From: Gemmatimonadota bacterium
GTDB taxonomy: Bacteria > Gemmatimonadota > Gemmatimonadetes > JACCXV01
DNA: 64,000 bases
Assembly (NCBI GenBank): GCA_036556125.1
Contig: DATBJZ010000138.1
Location: forward strand, 124-64,123
Direction of reading: 5' to 3'
Notes under the pieces: model-generated
The model's input: only the letters and a program-made list of their open reading frames with translations
Databases searched by the model: none
What the model was told of the DNA's origin: nothing
Position numbers and translations under genes: made by a program
Shown: positions 27,535 to 35,880 of the stretch, one piece after another
Layout: every line of letters starts with the position of its first letter
Numbering within the stretch: the first letter of the stretch is position 1

Positions 27535-28565
27535 GCGCCGTGGCCCGAAGGCTCGCCCGGCTCCTCCTGGTCCCGGCCGCGGCCGCCGCCGCGCTTCCCG
27601 CGCCGGCCGCCGCGATCCAGGCGGCGGCGTCGCCGCCGAGCGCCGCCGCGCCCGCACCGGGGAGCCGCGAGGTGAAGCGCCTCCCGCCCGCCGAAGGCTT
27701 CCGCGTGTTCCTCGTTCCCGACATGGAGGGGATGGGCAGCGTGGTGGACGCCCACGAGTACATCGCGGGCGTCGAGGGGGAGCGCTATCGCACGCTCACG
27801 AGCTCGGACTACTGGGACCGCTTCCGCAGCCTGCTGACGCAGGAGGTGAACGCCACGATCGCCGGAGCGCGCAAGGCCGGCGCCCGCGACTTCGTCGTGA
27901 ACGAGGGCCACGGCGGGAACCTGTTCGCGAACGTGCTCCCCTGGGATCTCGATCCCGACGCGATGCTCGTCCGCGGCTGGCCGAAGCCGATCGTGATGAT
28001 CACCGGGATCGACGAGACCTTCGGCACGATGATGTTCACGGGCGCGCACCCCAACGCGGGCAGCCCCGGCGTGGGCGCGCACAACTTCGCGTTCGACCGC
28101 TTCACGGTGAACGGACGGTCGCTGAACGAGGTGGGGATCAACGCCCTGATCGCCGGGGAGATGGGGGTCTCCGTCTCGATGGTGAGCGGCGACGACGTGC
28201 TCGTGGCCGAGACGCAGGAGATGCTCGGCAACGGCGTCATCGGCGTGGTGGTGAAGAAGGCGATCGGCAGCCGCGCCGCGATCACGTGGAGCCCCGAGAA
28301 GGTGCGGGCGGAACTCGAGGAGGCGGCCGAGGAGGCCGTTCGCCGAGAGATGCGCGGCGACTTCGCGCCGTTCACGCTGCCGAAGCCCTACCGGGTCGAG
28401 TTCGACCTGCGGGCGAGCTACCCCGCCGAGTACGTCGACGGCGTGGCCGCGCTCGCGGACTTCCGGCTGGAGAAGACGGGGGAGCGGTCGTTCCGCCTGG
28501 TCACCGAGGACGCGAAGGAGATCGGCCACCTCCTGAACGCCATCGAGGAGGTCGTGCTCCGGTGA
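27531..28565 (+). CDS. M55-family D-aminopeptidase (DppA-like), secreted; paralog 1 of 3
   Basis: Signal peptide. DppA-like blocks VPDMEGMGSVV, VNEGHGGN, GWPKPIVMITGIDETF, GAHPNAGSPGVGAHNF, LNEVGINALIAGEMGVSVSMVSGDD. Confidence 0.85.
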   Translation: MSAVARRLARLLLVPAAAAAALPAPAAAIQAAASPPSAAAPAPGSREVKRLPPAEGFRVFLVPDMEGMGSVVDAHEYIAGVEGERYRTLTSSDYWDRFRSLLTQEVNATIAGARKAGARDFVVNEGHGGNLFANVLPWDLDPDAMLVRGWPKPIVMITGIDETFGTMMFTGAHPNAGSPGVGAHNFAFDRFTVNGRSLNEVGINALIAGEMGVSVSMVSGDDVLVAETQEMLGNGVIGVVVKKAIGSRAAITWSPEKVRAELEEAAEEAVRREMRGDFAPFTLPKPYRVEFDLRASYPAEYVDGVAALADFRLEKTGERSFRLVTEDAKEIGHLLNAIEEVVLR

Positions 28566-29554
28566 GGCACGCGCGCGCGGCCGTCTTCGGTCTGGTCCTC
28601 GCCGCGGCCGTGGGCGCGAGCCGGAGCGCAAATCCCGCCCGCTCCTCCGCGCGCGCCGCGGATCCGCCGCCGCCGCCGGCGGCGGCGCCGGACGAGTTCA
28701 AGGTCTTCATCGTGCCGGACATGGAGGGGATGGCGGGCGCCGTCTTCAGCCGCGAGGTGCTCTCCGGCGCGGAGGCGAACTGCGACGACTGCTTCACGAG
28801 CCCGGACTACGAGCGCTTCCGGACGATCCTGGCGGACGACGTGAACGCGGTCATCGAGGGGGCGCGGGAGGCCGGCGCCACCGCGTTCACCGTGAACGAA
28901 GGGCACGGGGGCAACGACTTCGCCAACCTCCAGCCCTGGGACGTCGATCCCGACGCGACCCTGGTGCGGGGGTGGCCCAAGCCGCTCGTGATGATCACGG
29001 GGCTCGACGAGACCTACGACACCGTGATCTTCATCGGCGCCCACGCCGACGCCGGGAGCGGCGGGGTGATGGCGCACAACTTCGCGATGGACGCCTTCAC
29101 GGTGAACGGCGTGCCGCTCAACGAGGTCGGCATCAACGCGCTGATGGCGGGCTCGATGGGGGTGTCGGTGTCGATGGTGAGCGGCGACGACGTCCTGGTC
29201 GAGGAGGCGCGGCGGATCCTCCCGGAGGTCGAGGCCGTGACGACCAAGATCGCGTACGGCCGGAACGCGGCGGCCACCTGGACCCCGGCGCGCGTCCAGG
29301 AGCGCCTGCGGGACGCCGCTCGCGCCGCCGTCGAGGGCGAGCGCGCGGGGCGGCACGCGCCGTACCGGCTCGACCCGCCGTACCGCGTCGAGCTCACTCT
29401 GCGGCGGAGCTTCTTCGGCTGGGCCGACCAGGTCGCCGCTCTCGAACGCTACGGGCTGGAACGGACGGGCGAGGGCTCGTTCCGGTTCACCACCGACGAC
29501 GCCCTCGAGATCGGCCACTTCCTGAACGACCTCGAGGTCATCGTCTTCCAGTGA
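28562..29554 (+). CDS. M55-family D-aminopeptidase (DppA-like), secreted; paralog 2 of 3
   Basis: Its GTG overlaps the upstream TGA (GTGA). Same conserved blocks (IVPDMEGMAGAV, VNEGHGGNDF, GWPKPLVMITGLDETY, SVSMVSGDD). Confidence 0.85.
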   Translation: MRHARAAVFGLVLAAAVGASRSANPARSSARAADPPPPPAAAPDEFKVFIVPDMEGMAGAVFSREVLSGAEANCDDCFTSPDYERFRTILADDVNAVIEGAREAGATAFTVNEGHGGNDFANLQPWDVDPDATLVRGWPKPLVMITGLDETYDTVIFIGAHADAGSGGVMAHNFAMDAFTVNGVPLNEVGINALMAGSMGVSVSMVSGDDVLVEEARRILPEVEAVTTKIAYGRNAAATWTPARVQERLRDAARAAVEGERAGRHAPYRLDPPYRVELTLRRSFFGWADQVAALERYGLERTGEGSFRFTTDDALEIGHFLNDLEVIVFQ

Positions 29555-29562
29555 GGATTCCG

Positions 29563-30648
29563 ATGCCGTTCCGCGCCGCAGCGACTCTCGTCGTCGTCCT
29601 CGCCGCCGGCGCCGCGCTCCCCGCCCGGGCGCTCGGCCAGGGCGCGGGAACCCCGACGCCGACACCGGGCGCTCCGGGCGCCGGGCAGCCCGGGGGGGCG
29701 GCGGTCGCCGAGCGCGACACGACCCCCGCCTCGGCGGTGTTCGGGGTCACCGAGTACGAGCTGGCGCGCCGGAAGCTCGAGGAGGAGCTCGACCCCGAGG
29801 CGTTCACGGTCTACATCGTGGCCGACATGGAGGGTCTGGCCGGCGCGGTGATGAACGCCACCGAGATGCGCCCCGTCTACCGCGGCGGGCACCCGACCCA
29901 CGAGCGGTTCCGCGAGGAGCTGACGGACGAGGTGAACGCGGCCATCGAGGGCGCGCGCGAGGCGGGGGCGACCCGGTTCGTCGTGAACGACGGGCACGGA
30001 GGCACGCTCTTCCGCAACACCCTTCCCGAGAAGCTCGACCCCGAGGCGCTCCTCATCCGCGGCTACCCGAAGCCGATCGTGATGACCACGGGGATGAACC
30101 CCCGGGTGGACGCGATCTTCATCGTCGGCGCCCACGCGAACGCCGGGACGCAGGGGGTGATCTCCCACAACTTCGCCTTCGACTCCTTCACGATCGACGG
30201 CCGCGTCCTGAACGAGGCGGGGATCGCGGCGTTCCACGGCGGGGAGATGGGCGTGCCCCTGGCGCTGGCCACGGGGGATGACGTGCTGGTGGCCGAGACG
30301 AAGGAGATGCTGGGCCCGATCGAGACGGTGACCGTCAAGCAGGCCTACGGCCGGAGCGCCGCGGCCGGCTGGTCGCCCGAGAAGGTCCGCGGCTGGATCC
30401 GGGAGGCCGCGGGCCGCGCGGTGCGCCGGGTGAAGGCCGGGGAGATCCGGCCGCTGCGGCTCGATCCGCCCTACGAGGTGGCGTTCTGCACGCGGAAGAC
30501 CTACGAGCCCTGGGTGGCCGAGGCGGTGGGCCGCCTCGAGGGGGTTCAGCCCGGCGACGGTGCGGGCTGCTTCCGCTACACGAGCGACTCCGCCGAGGAG
30601 GTGGGGAACCTGCTGAACGAGATCGAGTGGGTCGTGCTCAAGCCCTGA
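29563..30648 (+). CDS. M55-family D-aminopeptidase (DppA-like), secreted; paralog 3 of 3
   Basis: ATG after gagga. IVADMEGLAGAV, VNDGHGGTLF, GYPKPIVMTTGMNPRVD, LALATGDD. Confidence 0.85.
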   Translation: MPFRAAATLVVVLAAGAALPARALGQGAGTPTPTPGAPGAGQPGGAAVAERDTTPASAVFGVTEYELARRKLEEELDPEAFTVYIVADMEGLAGAVMNATEMRPVYRGGHPTHERFREELTDEVNAAIEGAREAGATRFVVNDGHGGTLFRNTLPEKLDPEALLIRGYPKPIVMTTGMNPRVDAIFIVGAHANAGTQGVISHNFAFDSFTIDGRVLNEAGIAAFHGGEMGVPLALATGDDVLVAETKEMLGPIETVTVKQAYGRSAAAGWSPEKVRGWIREAAGRAVRRVKAGEIRPLRLDPPYEVAFCTRKTYEPWVAEAVGRLEGVQPGDGAGCFRYTSDSAEEVGNLLNEIEWVVLKP

Positions 30649-30710
30649 CTCCGGGCGCGACGGCGATGGCGGCCGCGGCTGCCTCGACCGGCGAGCACCC
30701 CCCAAGTGAA

Positions 30711-30745
30711 AAGCCCGCCGATCCTTCCGGCGGGCTTTTCTGCTT
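30711..30745. terminator. Rho-independent terminator hairpin, usable from either strand
   Basis: aagcccgccg-atccttc-cggcgggctt followed by ttttctgctt. Sits between the third M55 gene and the small ORF / cvpA. Confidence 0.6.
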
Positions 30746-30809
30746 CGGCTTCTGACGGTGGAGGCGGATCCTCGAACCCACCCCAACCCTTTTTGGGGCT
30801 TGTGGAGCT

Positions 30810-30896
30810 TTACTTCTTCTTGCCGGAGCTCTTCTTCGCGGACTTTCTCGACGAGCTCGAGCTCTTCTTCTTGCTTGAGGACTTCTTCGTGGCCAT
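30810..30896 (-). CDS. Hypothetical 28-aa Lys/Ser-rich small protein
   Basis: ATG GCC ACG AAG AAG TCC...AAG AAG TAA = MATKKSSSKKKSSSSSRKSAKKSSGKKK. GAGG ribosome-binding site 8 nt upstream. Lies in a locally AT-richer 100-bp island flanked by hairpins. Below the ORF-track size cutoff. Confidence 0.35.
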   Translation of the reverse strand: MATKKSSSKKKSSSSSRKSAKKSSGKKK

Positions 30897-30977
30897 TTCG
30901 GACCTCACGAGAAGGAGTAGAGACGGAACCACCGCGAAGCCGTCGCGCGGGATTGTAGGGCGGCTCTCGATTCTCTG

Positions 30978-31538
30978 TCAAGAGAACTGTGGACGGATTT
31001 CGAGCGATCGCGCCATCGCCGGCGCGTCGGGCGCGGGGATCGGACGCGGAGGGAGACGCTCGGGCGCGCCGTTCCACGGAGGAGGGAGGAGATCGACGAT
31101 CGGGGCGCTCACCTCGAGGAACCAGCCGGCGAGGCGCGACGCCGCGCGCTCGCGCTCGAGGATCGCGAAGCCGCCGAGGAGCGCGAGCGCCACTCCGGCG
31201 ACGATCACGGCGGAGACCGCCGCGGGGATCGCCCCGAGCGGGCGGTTCACGATGCCGAGCCGCAGCGCCTGGACGAGGCGGGTCCCCAGGATCCCGAGCG
31301 CGTCGAGCGCGAGCGCCGCGGCGAGCGCGACGACGGTGAAGGCGACGAGGCCCGCGACGGCGGGGCTCGGCGCCCAGTCCAGGAGCAGCGGCGCGAGCCA
31401 GGGGACCAGGGCCGACCCGAGCGCGAAACCGGCGACGAGCCCGATCAGGTTGGCCGCGCTCCGGACGAATCCGGTGGCGAGGCCGCCGAGCGTCGCGAGG
31501 GCCACGAACAGGAGGAGGAGGACGTCGAGGACGTTCAC
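30978..31538 (-). CDS. cvpA: CvpA-family membrane protein (colicin V production protein homolog)
   Basis: 186 aa with four hydrophobic helices, MNVLDVLLLLFVALATLGGLATGFVRSAANLIGLVAGFALG... Confidence 0.75.
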   Translation of the reverse strand: MNVLDVLLLLFVALATLGGLATGFVRSAANLIGLVAGFALGSALVPWLAPLLLDWAPSPAVAGLVAFTVVALAAALALDALGILGTRLVQALRLGIVNRPLGAIPAAVSAVIVAGVALALLGGFAILERERAASRLAGWFLEVSAPIVDLLPPPWNGAPERLPPRPIPAPDAPAMARSLEIRPQFS

Positions 31539-31645
31539 GGGGTGAAGATAGGCAGATCGCCCGGCGGGTTCGCCCGCACCCTCGGCGGGCGGACCGGAGC
31601 GGGCCGCCTCGCGCGTCGAGCCGTCGTGGCCCGGCTCTGCCGCGT

Positions 31646-31675
31646 CCCCTTCTTTGACGGGGAGCCGGCGCCGGA
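31646..31675 (+). promoter_or_regulatory. Putative sigma-70-type promoter for tRNA-Asn
   Basis: TTGACG, 18 nt, TAGATT, ending about 17 nt upstream of the mature tRNA 5' end. Confidence 0.35.
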
Positions 31676-31692
31676 CGTAGATTTTCGAGCCT

Positions 31693-31768
31693 TCCCCGGT
31701 AGCTCAGCTGGTAGAGCAGGTGGCTGTTAACCACCGTGTCGCTGGTTCGAATCCGGCCCGGGGAGCCA
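31693..31768 (+). tRNA. tRNA-Asn (anticodon GTT), with encoded CCA
   Basis: Cloverleaf by hand. Acceptor tccccgg/ccgggga, D-arm gctc-agctggta-gagc, anticodon arm ggtgg-ctGTTaa-ccacc, variable loop gtgtc, T-arm gctgg-ttcgaat-ccggc, discriminator g, CCA. Confidence 0.9.
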
Positions 31769-31805
31769 CCTCAGCCGCGCCGCCGTGACGGTAAGCGGCG
31801 ATCGA

Positions 31806-31842
31806 GAAGCCCCGCGGGATCCCCTTCCGCGGGGCTTCTTGC
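31806..31842 (+). terminator. Hairpin downstream of tRNA-Asn (weak terminator)
   Basis: gaagccccgcgg-gatcccctt-ccgcggggcttc followed by ttgcg; 12-bp stem with a poor T-tract. Confidence 0.4.
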
Positions 31843-31885
31843 GCGGCGTCGCAGCGGCGGGCCCACCGCGGCGCGGACGTCGGAC

Positions 31886-31914
31886 GGTTGACGGCCGGAG
31901 CGAAACGTGCTACG
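31886..31914 (+). promoter_or_regulatory. Putative sigma-70 promoter of the csp leader
   Basis: TTGACG, 17 nt, TACGTT. Confidence 0.3.
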
Positions 31915-31971
31915 TTCCTGCCGTCGTGATCCGGCGACCGCTCGCGGCCGCCGGAGAGACCAGCGGGAACG

Positions 31972-32000
31972 GACCTGGCGCACGCCGGGTCTTTTTTTTT
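31972..32000 (+). terminator. Intrinsic-terminator-like hairpin plus U9 inside the cspA 5' leader (possible attenuator)
   Basis: gacctggcg-cac-gccgggtc (8-bp stem including one G-U pair) immediately followed by ttttttttt. About 130 nt upstream of the csp ATG. Confidence 0.55.
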
Positions 32001-32129
32001 GGACGCCCGTCACGTCTCCGGCCCTCGGGTCGGCGGACAGGCGGGCACGCCCAGCGCGGGGGCAGGTCCGCGCACACCGTGGCGCGGGCCGGCTTCGACC
32101 GGCGCCGGCCACAGATCGAGGAGCAGCAA

Positions 32130-32345
32130 ATGGGTAGCACGACCGGGACGGTCAAGTGGTTCAACGACAGCAAGGGCTTCGGGTTCATCACGCCGGACGG
32201 CGGGCAGAAGGACTGCTTCGTCCATCACTCGGCGATCCGGAGCGATGGGTTCAGGTCGCTGAGTGAGGGCGACCGGGTGGAGTTCGACATCGTCCAGGGC
32301 CCGAAGGGTCCGGCGGCCGAGAACGTCTCCAAGGTGACCGCCTGA
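32130..32345 (+). CDS. cspA: Cold-shock protein (CspA family)
   Basis: [66 protein letters not shown], with RNP1 KGFGFI and RNP2 VFVHH. Long 5' UTR. Confidence 0.95.
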   Translation: MGSTTGTVKWFNDSKGFGFITPDGGQKDCFVHHSAIRSDGFRSLSEGDRVEFDIVQGPKGPAAENVSKVTA

Positions 32346-32487
32346 CCGGACACCGTCCCGAACGCAACACCACGAGGGGCCGCCTTTCCGGCGGCCCTTC
32401 GTGTTTCCGGCGCCGGCGGCGTCCGCCTCTCTCTCCGTACGTCGACCTCGTTCGGCGAAGCCCTGCGCCGCCGGGCCGGCCCCGACT

Positions 32488-33324
32488 TCAGCCGCCCGCC
32501 CGCCCCTCCCGCAGATCCACGACGAAGCCCACGACCGTGTTCCAGTACGCCTCCGGCTCGCGGGGCTCCGCATCGTTGTGGCCGCCCCCCGGGACGCGGT
32601 GGAACCGCTTCGGGGAGCGGATCGCCCGGAAGAGCCGCTCGCCTTCCTCGAACCGGACGACCACGTCGCGGTCGCCGTGGATGACCAGGGTCGGACGATT
32701 CACGCCCTGCAGGAGCGCCGCCGTATCGAAGCGGTAGCTCGCGAAGAGACCCAGGAACGAGAGGACGGGGTCGCCGCGGAACACGTCGCGTCCGCGGGCG
32801 AACCCCGATTCGAGCACCAGGCCGTCGGGCGGCTCGATCCGCGCGGCGCGGGCCGCCGGCGCACAGCCGAGGGACCGTCCCCAGTAGACGACCGGGACGC
32901 CCGGCCTCCGGAGCTCGGAGGCGAACAGGCGCACGAACGCCTCGGCGTCGCGGTACAGCCCGCGCTCGGAGGGCCGTCCCGTGCTGTGCCCGTACCCGCG
33001 GTAGTCGAGGGCGAGCACCTCGAAGCCGCGCCGGTGAAGCCCCGCCAGGACGGGCGCCCAGCCGGCGAGATTCCCGCCGTTGCCGTGGAAGTAGAGCACC
33101 TGGGCCAGCGCGTCGTCGCGAGGCAGGAGCCAGGCGTGGAGGCGTTCTCCGTCCCCCGTCGTCACCACCAGGTCGCGGTAGCCGACGCCGAAGTCGGCCG
33201 GCGTCTCTCCGCCGCCGGGAACCGGATGGAAGGCGAGCCGCGGCTCGAGGACGCGGGCGAGCACGACGAGGCCGACCAGCGCCGCCGCGAGGAGGACCAG
33301 CGGCACCAGGAGGACTTTCGTCAT
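32488..33324 (-). CDS. Alpha/beta-fold hydrolase (BAAT/dienelactone hydrolase-like), N-terminal membrane anchor
   Basis: Nucleophile elbow GRSLG, FHGNGGN, HGDRDVVV, C-terminal His GGGHND. Confidence 0.85.
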   Translation of the reverse strand: MTKVLLVPLVLLAAALVGLVVLARVLEPRLAFHPVPGGGETPADFGVGYRDLVVTTGDGERLHAWLLPRDDALAQVLYFHGNGGNLAGWAPVLAGLHRRGFEVLALDYRGYGHSTGRPSERGLYRDAEAFVRLFASELRRPGVPVVYWGRSLGCAPAARAARIEPPDGLVLESGFARGRDVFRGDPVLSFLGLFASYRFDTAALLQGVNRPTLVIHGDRDVVVRFEEGERLFRAIRSPKRFHRVPGGGHNDAEPREPEAYWNTVVGFVVDLREGRAGG

Positions 33325-33473
33325 CGCGCTCGCGAGCCGGGGTTCACGTTCTCCTCACGCAGGTCCGGCATCCTCCGGTTCGGAGCCGCGTCCGCGTGGA
33401 CGACGCGCCGCGCGGGAGCGAACGTAGCCGGGCCCGGCCGGTGAACGGCTGAACTTCGAGGAGGTGCGTCGAC

Positions 33474-35603
33474 GTGGAGACCGGATACGCGCTGGTCAGG
33501 GACCTCGCGCTCGTCCTGGGCGTCGGCGCGGTCACGAGCGTGGTCTTCCGCCGGCTCCACCAGCCGGTGGTCCTCGGCTACCTGCTGACGGGGCTCGTGC
33601 TCGGCCCCCACGTGCCGTTGCCGCTGCTGGCCGACGTGGACCGGATCCGCACGCTGGCGGAGCTGGGCGTGATCCTGGTGATGTTCTCCGTCGGCCTCGA
33701 CCTCAGCCTGCGGCGGCTGGCGGGGGTCCTGCCGACCGCCGGGCTCACCGCGCTCGTCCAGGTCAGCCTGTCGATGTGGCTGGGGTTCACCGTCGCGCGC
33801 GCGGCGGGATGGACCCCGCAGGAGAGCCTGTTCGCCGGCGCCATCGTCGCGATCTCCAGCACGATGGTCGTGGCGCGGGTGTTCGCCGAGAACCGGATCC
33901 GCGGCCGCCTGCCGGAACTCGTCTTCGGCGTGCTGATCGTGCAGGACCTGGCCGCGATCCTGCTGCTCGCGTTCCTCACCACCGTCGCCACGGGCAGGGG
34001 CCTTCCGGCCGGGGCGCTGCTGGTCACCGCGGGGCGACTCGGCGCGTTCCTCGTGGCGATGGCGGCGCTGGGCTTCCTCGTGGTCCCGCGGACGATCCGG
34101 GCCGTCGCCGCGCTGCGGAGCGGCGAGACGCTGCTGGTGACCGTGATCGGCTTCGCCTTCGCCTTCGCGCTCCTGGCGCAGGAGCTCGGGTACTCCGTCG
34201 CGCTGGGCGCGTTCCTCGCGGGTTCCCTCGTGAGCGAGTCGGGGGAGACCGCCCGGGTCGGCGCGCTCGTGCGGCCGGTCCGGGACGTGTTCGCGCTGGT
34301 CTTCTTCGTCGCGGTCGGGATGCTCGTGGATCCGGCGGTCATCCTCGAGCGCACGGTCGAGGTGGCCGCGCTCACCGCCATCGTGCTGCTGGCGCAGCCG
34401 CTGGGCGTCGCGGTCGGCGCCTTCCTCAGCGGCCACGACGCGCGCACCTCGATCCAGGCGGGGATGAGCCTGGCCCAGATCGGAGAGTTCTCGTTCATCC
34501 TGGCGACCGTGGGCATCACCACGGGGGCCGCCCGCGAGTTCCTGCTCCCCGTCGCCGTGGCCGTCTCGGTGATCACCACCTTCACGACGCCGTGGTACGT
34601 GCGTGCCTCGGAGCGGGTCGCGCTCGAGATCGACCGCCGGCTGCCGCGTCCGCTGCAGACCTTCTCGGCGCTCTACGGCTCCTGGCTCAGCGACGCCCGC
34701 CGCGGAGACGAGGAGCCGACGCCGCGCGCGCGCCGCAGGCGCCTCGCCCGACGGTTGCTCGTGGACGCGATCGCGATCGCCGCGATCGCGATCGGCGCGT
34801 CGGTCGAGATGGAGCGCCTGGTGGCGTGGGCCGGGCGGTGGACCGGGCTGGAGGCGCCCGTGGCGCGGGGGCTCGTGCTCGCGGGCGGATTCCTGCTCGC
34901 CTCGCCGTTCGCGTTCGGTGCCATCCGCACCGCCCGGGCCCTCGGCGCGGCGCTCGCGGCCGCGGCGCTGCCGCAAACGGGTACGGGGCGCCTGGACCTG
35001 GCCGCGGCGCCGCGGCGCGCGCTCGTCGTCGCGCTCCAGCTCGGGCTCGTGCTCCTCGTCGGTCTCCCGCTGCTGGCCCTCACCCAGCCGTTCCTGCCGC
35101 CGGGCGTGGGCGCGGTCGTCCTGGGCCTCGTGCTCGCCGCCCTGGGCGTCGCCTTCTGGCGGAGCGCGGAGAACCTGCAGGCTCACGTCCGCGCGGCCGC
35201 CGAGGTCATCGCGGAGGCGCTCGCGAAGCAGGCCCGCGCCGGGACGCGGCCGACCCTCGACGACGTGCACCGGCTCCTGCCCGGCTTCGGAGACCTCACG
35301 CCGGTGGAGCTCGACGACGGAAGCCCGGGGATCGGCCGGACGCTCGCCGAGCTGAACCTGCGCGGGAAGACGGGCGCGAGCGTGCTCGCCATCGCCCGGG
35401 GCGGCCGCGGGCTCGTCGCGCCGGCGGCCGCCGAGGTGCTGGACCGTGGAGACGTGCTGGCGCTCGCCGGGACCCGCGAGGCGGTGGACGCGGCCCGCGA
35501 GCTGCTCGCGGCCGGCGCGCCGGACGTCAGGGATGCCGGTGGTGGGTCTCGATCGGAAGGCCCGCGTCCACCCAGTCGGACTTCCCCCCCGCGTAGTCCG
35601 TGA
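33474..35603 (+). CDS. Cation:proton antiporter (CPA2, KefB-like) with C-terminal TrkA-C/RCK_C domain
   Basis: GTG after gaggaggtg. Twelve or more TM helices (RLHQPVVLGYLLTGLVLGP...). C-terminal TrkA-C LAELNLRGKTGASVLAIARGGRGLVAPAAAEVLDRGDVLALAGTREAVDAAR. The extreme 3' end overlaps the rhodanese gene antisense and may be shorter than shown. Confidence 0.85.
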   Translation: METGYALVRDLALVLGVGAVTSVVFRRLHQPVVLGYLLTGLVLGPHVPLPLLADVDRIRTLAELGVILVMFSVGLDLSLRRLAGVLPTAGLTALVQVSLSMWLGFTVARAAGWTPQESLFAGAIVAISSTMVVARVFAENRIRGRLPELVFGVLIVQDLAAILLLAFLTTVATGRGLPAGALLVTAGRLGAFLVAMAALGFLVVPRTIRAVAALRSGETLLVTVIGFAFAFALLAQELGYSVALGAFLAGSLVSESGETARVGALVRPVRDVFALVFFVAVGMLVDPAVILERTVEVAALTAIVLLAQPLGVAVGAFLSGHDARTSIQAGMSLAQIGEFSFILATVGITTGAAREFLLPVAVAVSVITTFTTPWYVRASERVALEIDRRLPRPLQTFSALYGSWLSDARRGDEEPTPRARRRRLARRLLVDAIAIAAIAIGASVEMERLVAWAGRWTGLEAPVARGLVLAGGFLLASPFAFGAIRTARALGAALAAAALPQTGTGRLDLAAAPRRALVVALQLGLVLLVGLPLLALTQPFLPPGVGAVVLGLVLAALGVAFWRSAENLQAHVRAAAEVIAEALAKQARAGTRPTLDDVHRLLPGFGDLTPVELDDGSPGIGRTLAELNLRGKTGASVLAIARGGRGLVAPAAAEVLDRGDVLALAGTREAVDAARELLAAGAPDVRDAGGGSRSEGPRPPSRTSPPRSP

Positions 35604-35880
35604 CGTTCGTGTAGCCGAGGGCCGCCAGCTCCCGGGCGGCCCGCTCCGACGCGTGTCAGGTGGGGCTCGCGCAGTAGACCACGATCTCGCGGCCGCGATC
35701 GGGGAACAGGACCGGGGCGAGCTCCGCGATCCGGTCGGGCGGAAGGTTCACGGCCCCCGGCAGGTGGGCGTGATCGTACACGTGGCGGGGGAGCGTCTCG
35801 ACGAGCGCGAAGTCGTCCCCACGCCCGATCTTCGCCCGCAGCTCGTCACGGGAGATGGTCCGGAGCGCCGCGTCCGTCAT
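35527..35880 (-). pseudogene. Single-domain rhodanese (sulfurtransferase) interrupted by an in-frame TGA at 35656-35658
   Basis: MTDAALRTISRDELRAKIGRGDDFALVETLPRHVYDHAHLPGAVNLP...REIVVYCASPT-TGA-HASERAARELAALGYTNVTDYAGGKSDWVDAGLPIE. The TGA lies 5 codons after the active-site Cys, where the Arg of CX4R normally sits (CGA to TGA is one transition). The ATG overlaps the nucleotidyltransferase TGA (ATGA). Confidence 0.6.

Noticed and set aside
29449-31734. 761-aa minus-strand ORF
   Set aside because: Runs antisense through two M55 genes and through the frame of cvpA. Only the cvpA frame (30978-31538) and the small ORF are plausible.
35619-35658. Rhodanese TGA as a selenocysteine codon
   Set aside because: Not accepted as a call. 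Known rhodanese selenoproteins place Sec at the catalytic Cys position, whereas here Cys is retained and the TGA replaces the CX4R arginine. The hairpin could be a by-product of Ala-rich GC-rich coding sequence. Kept only as a flagged hypothesis.
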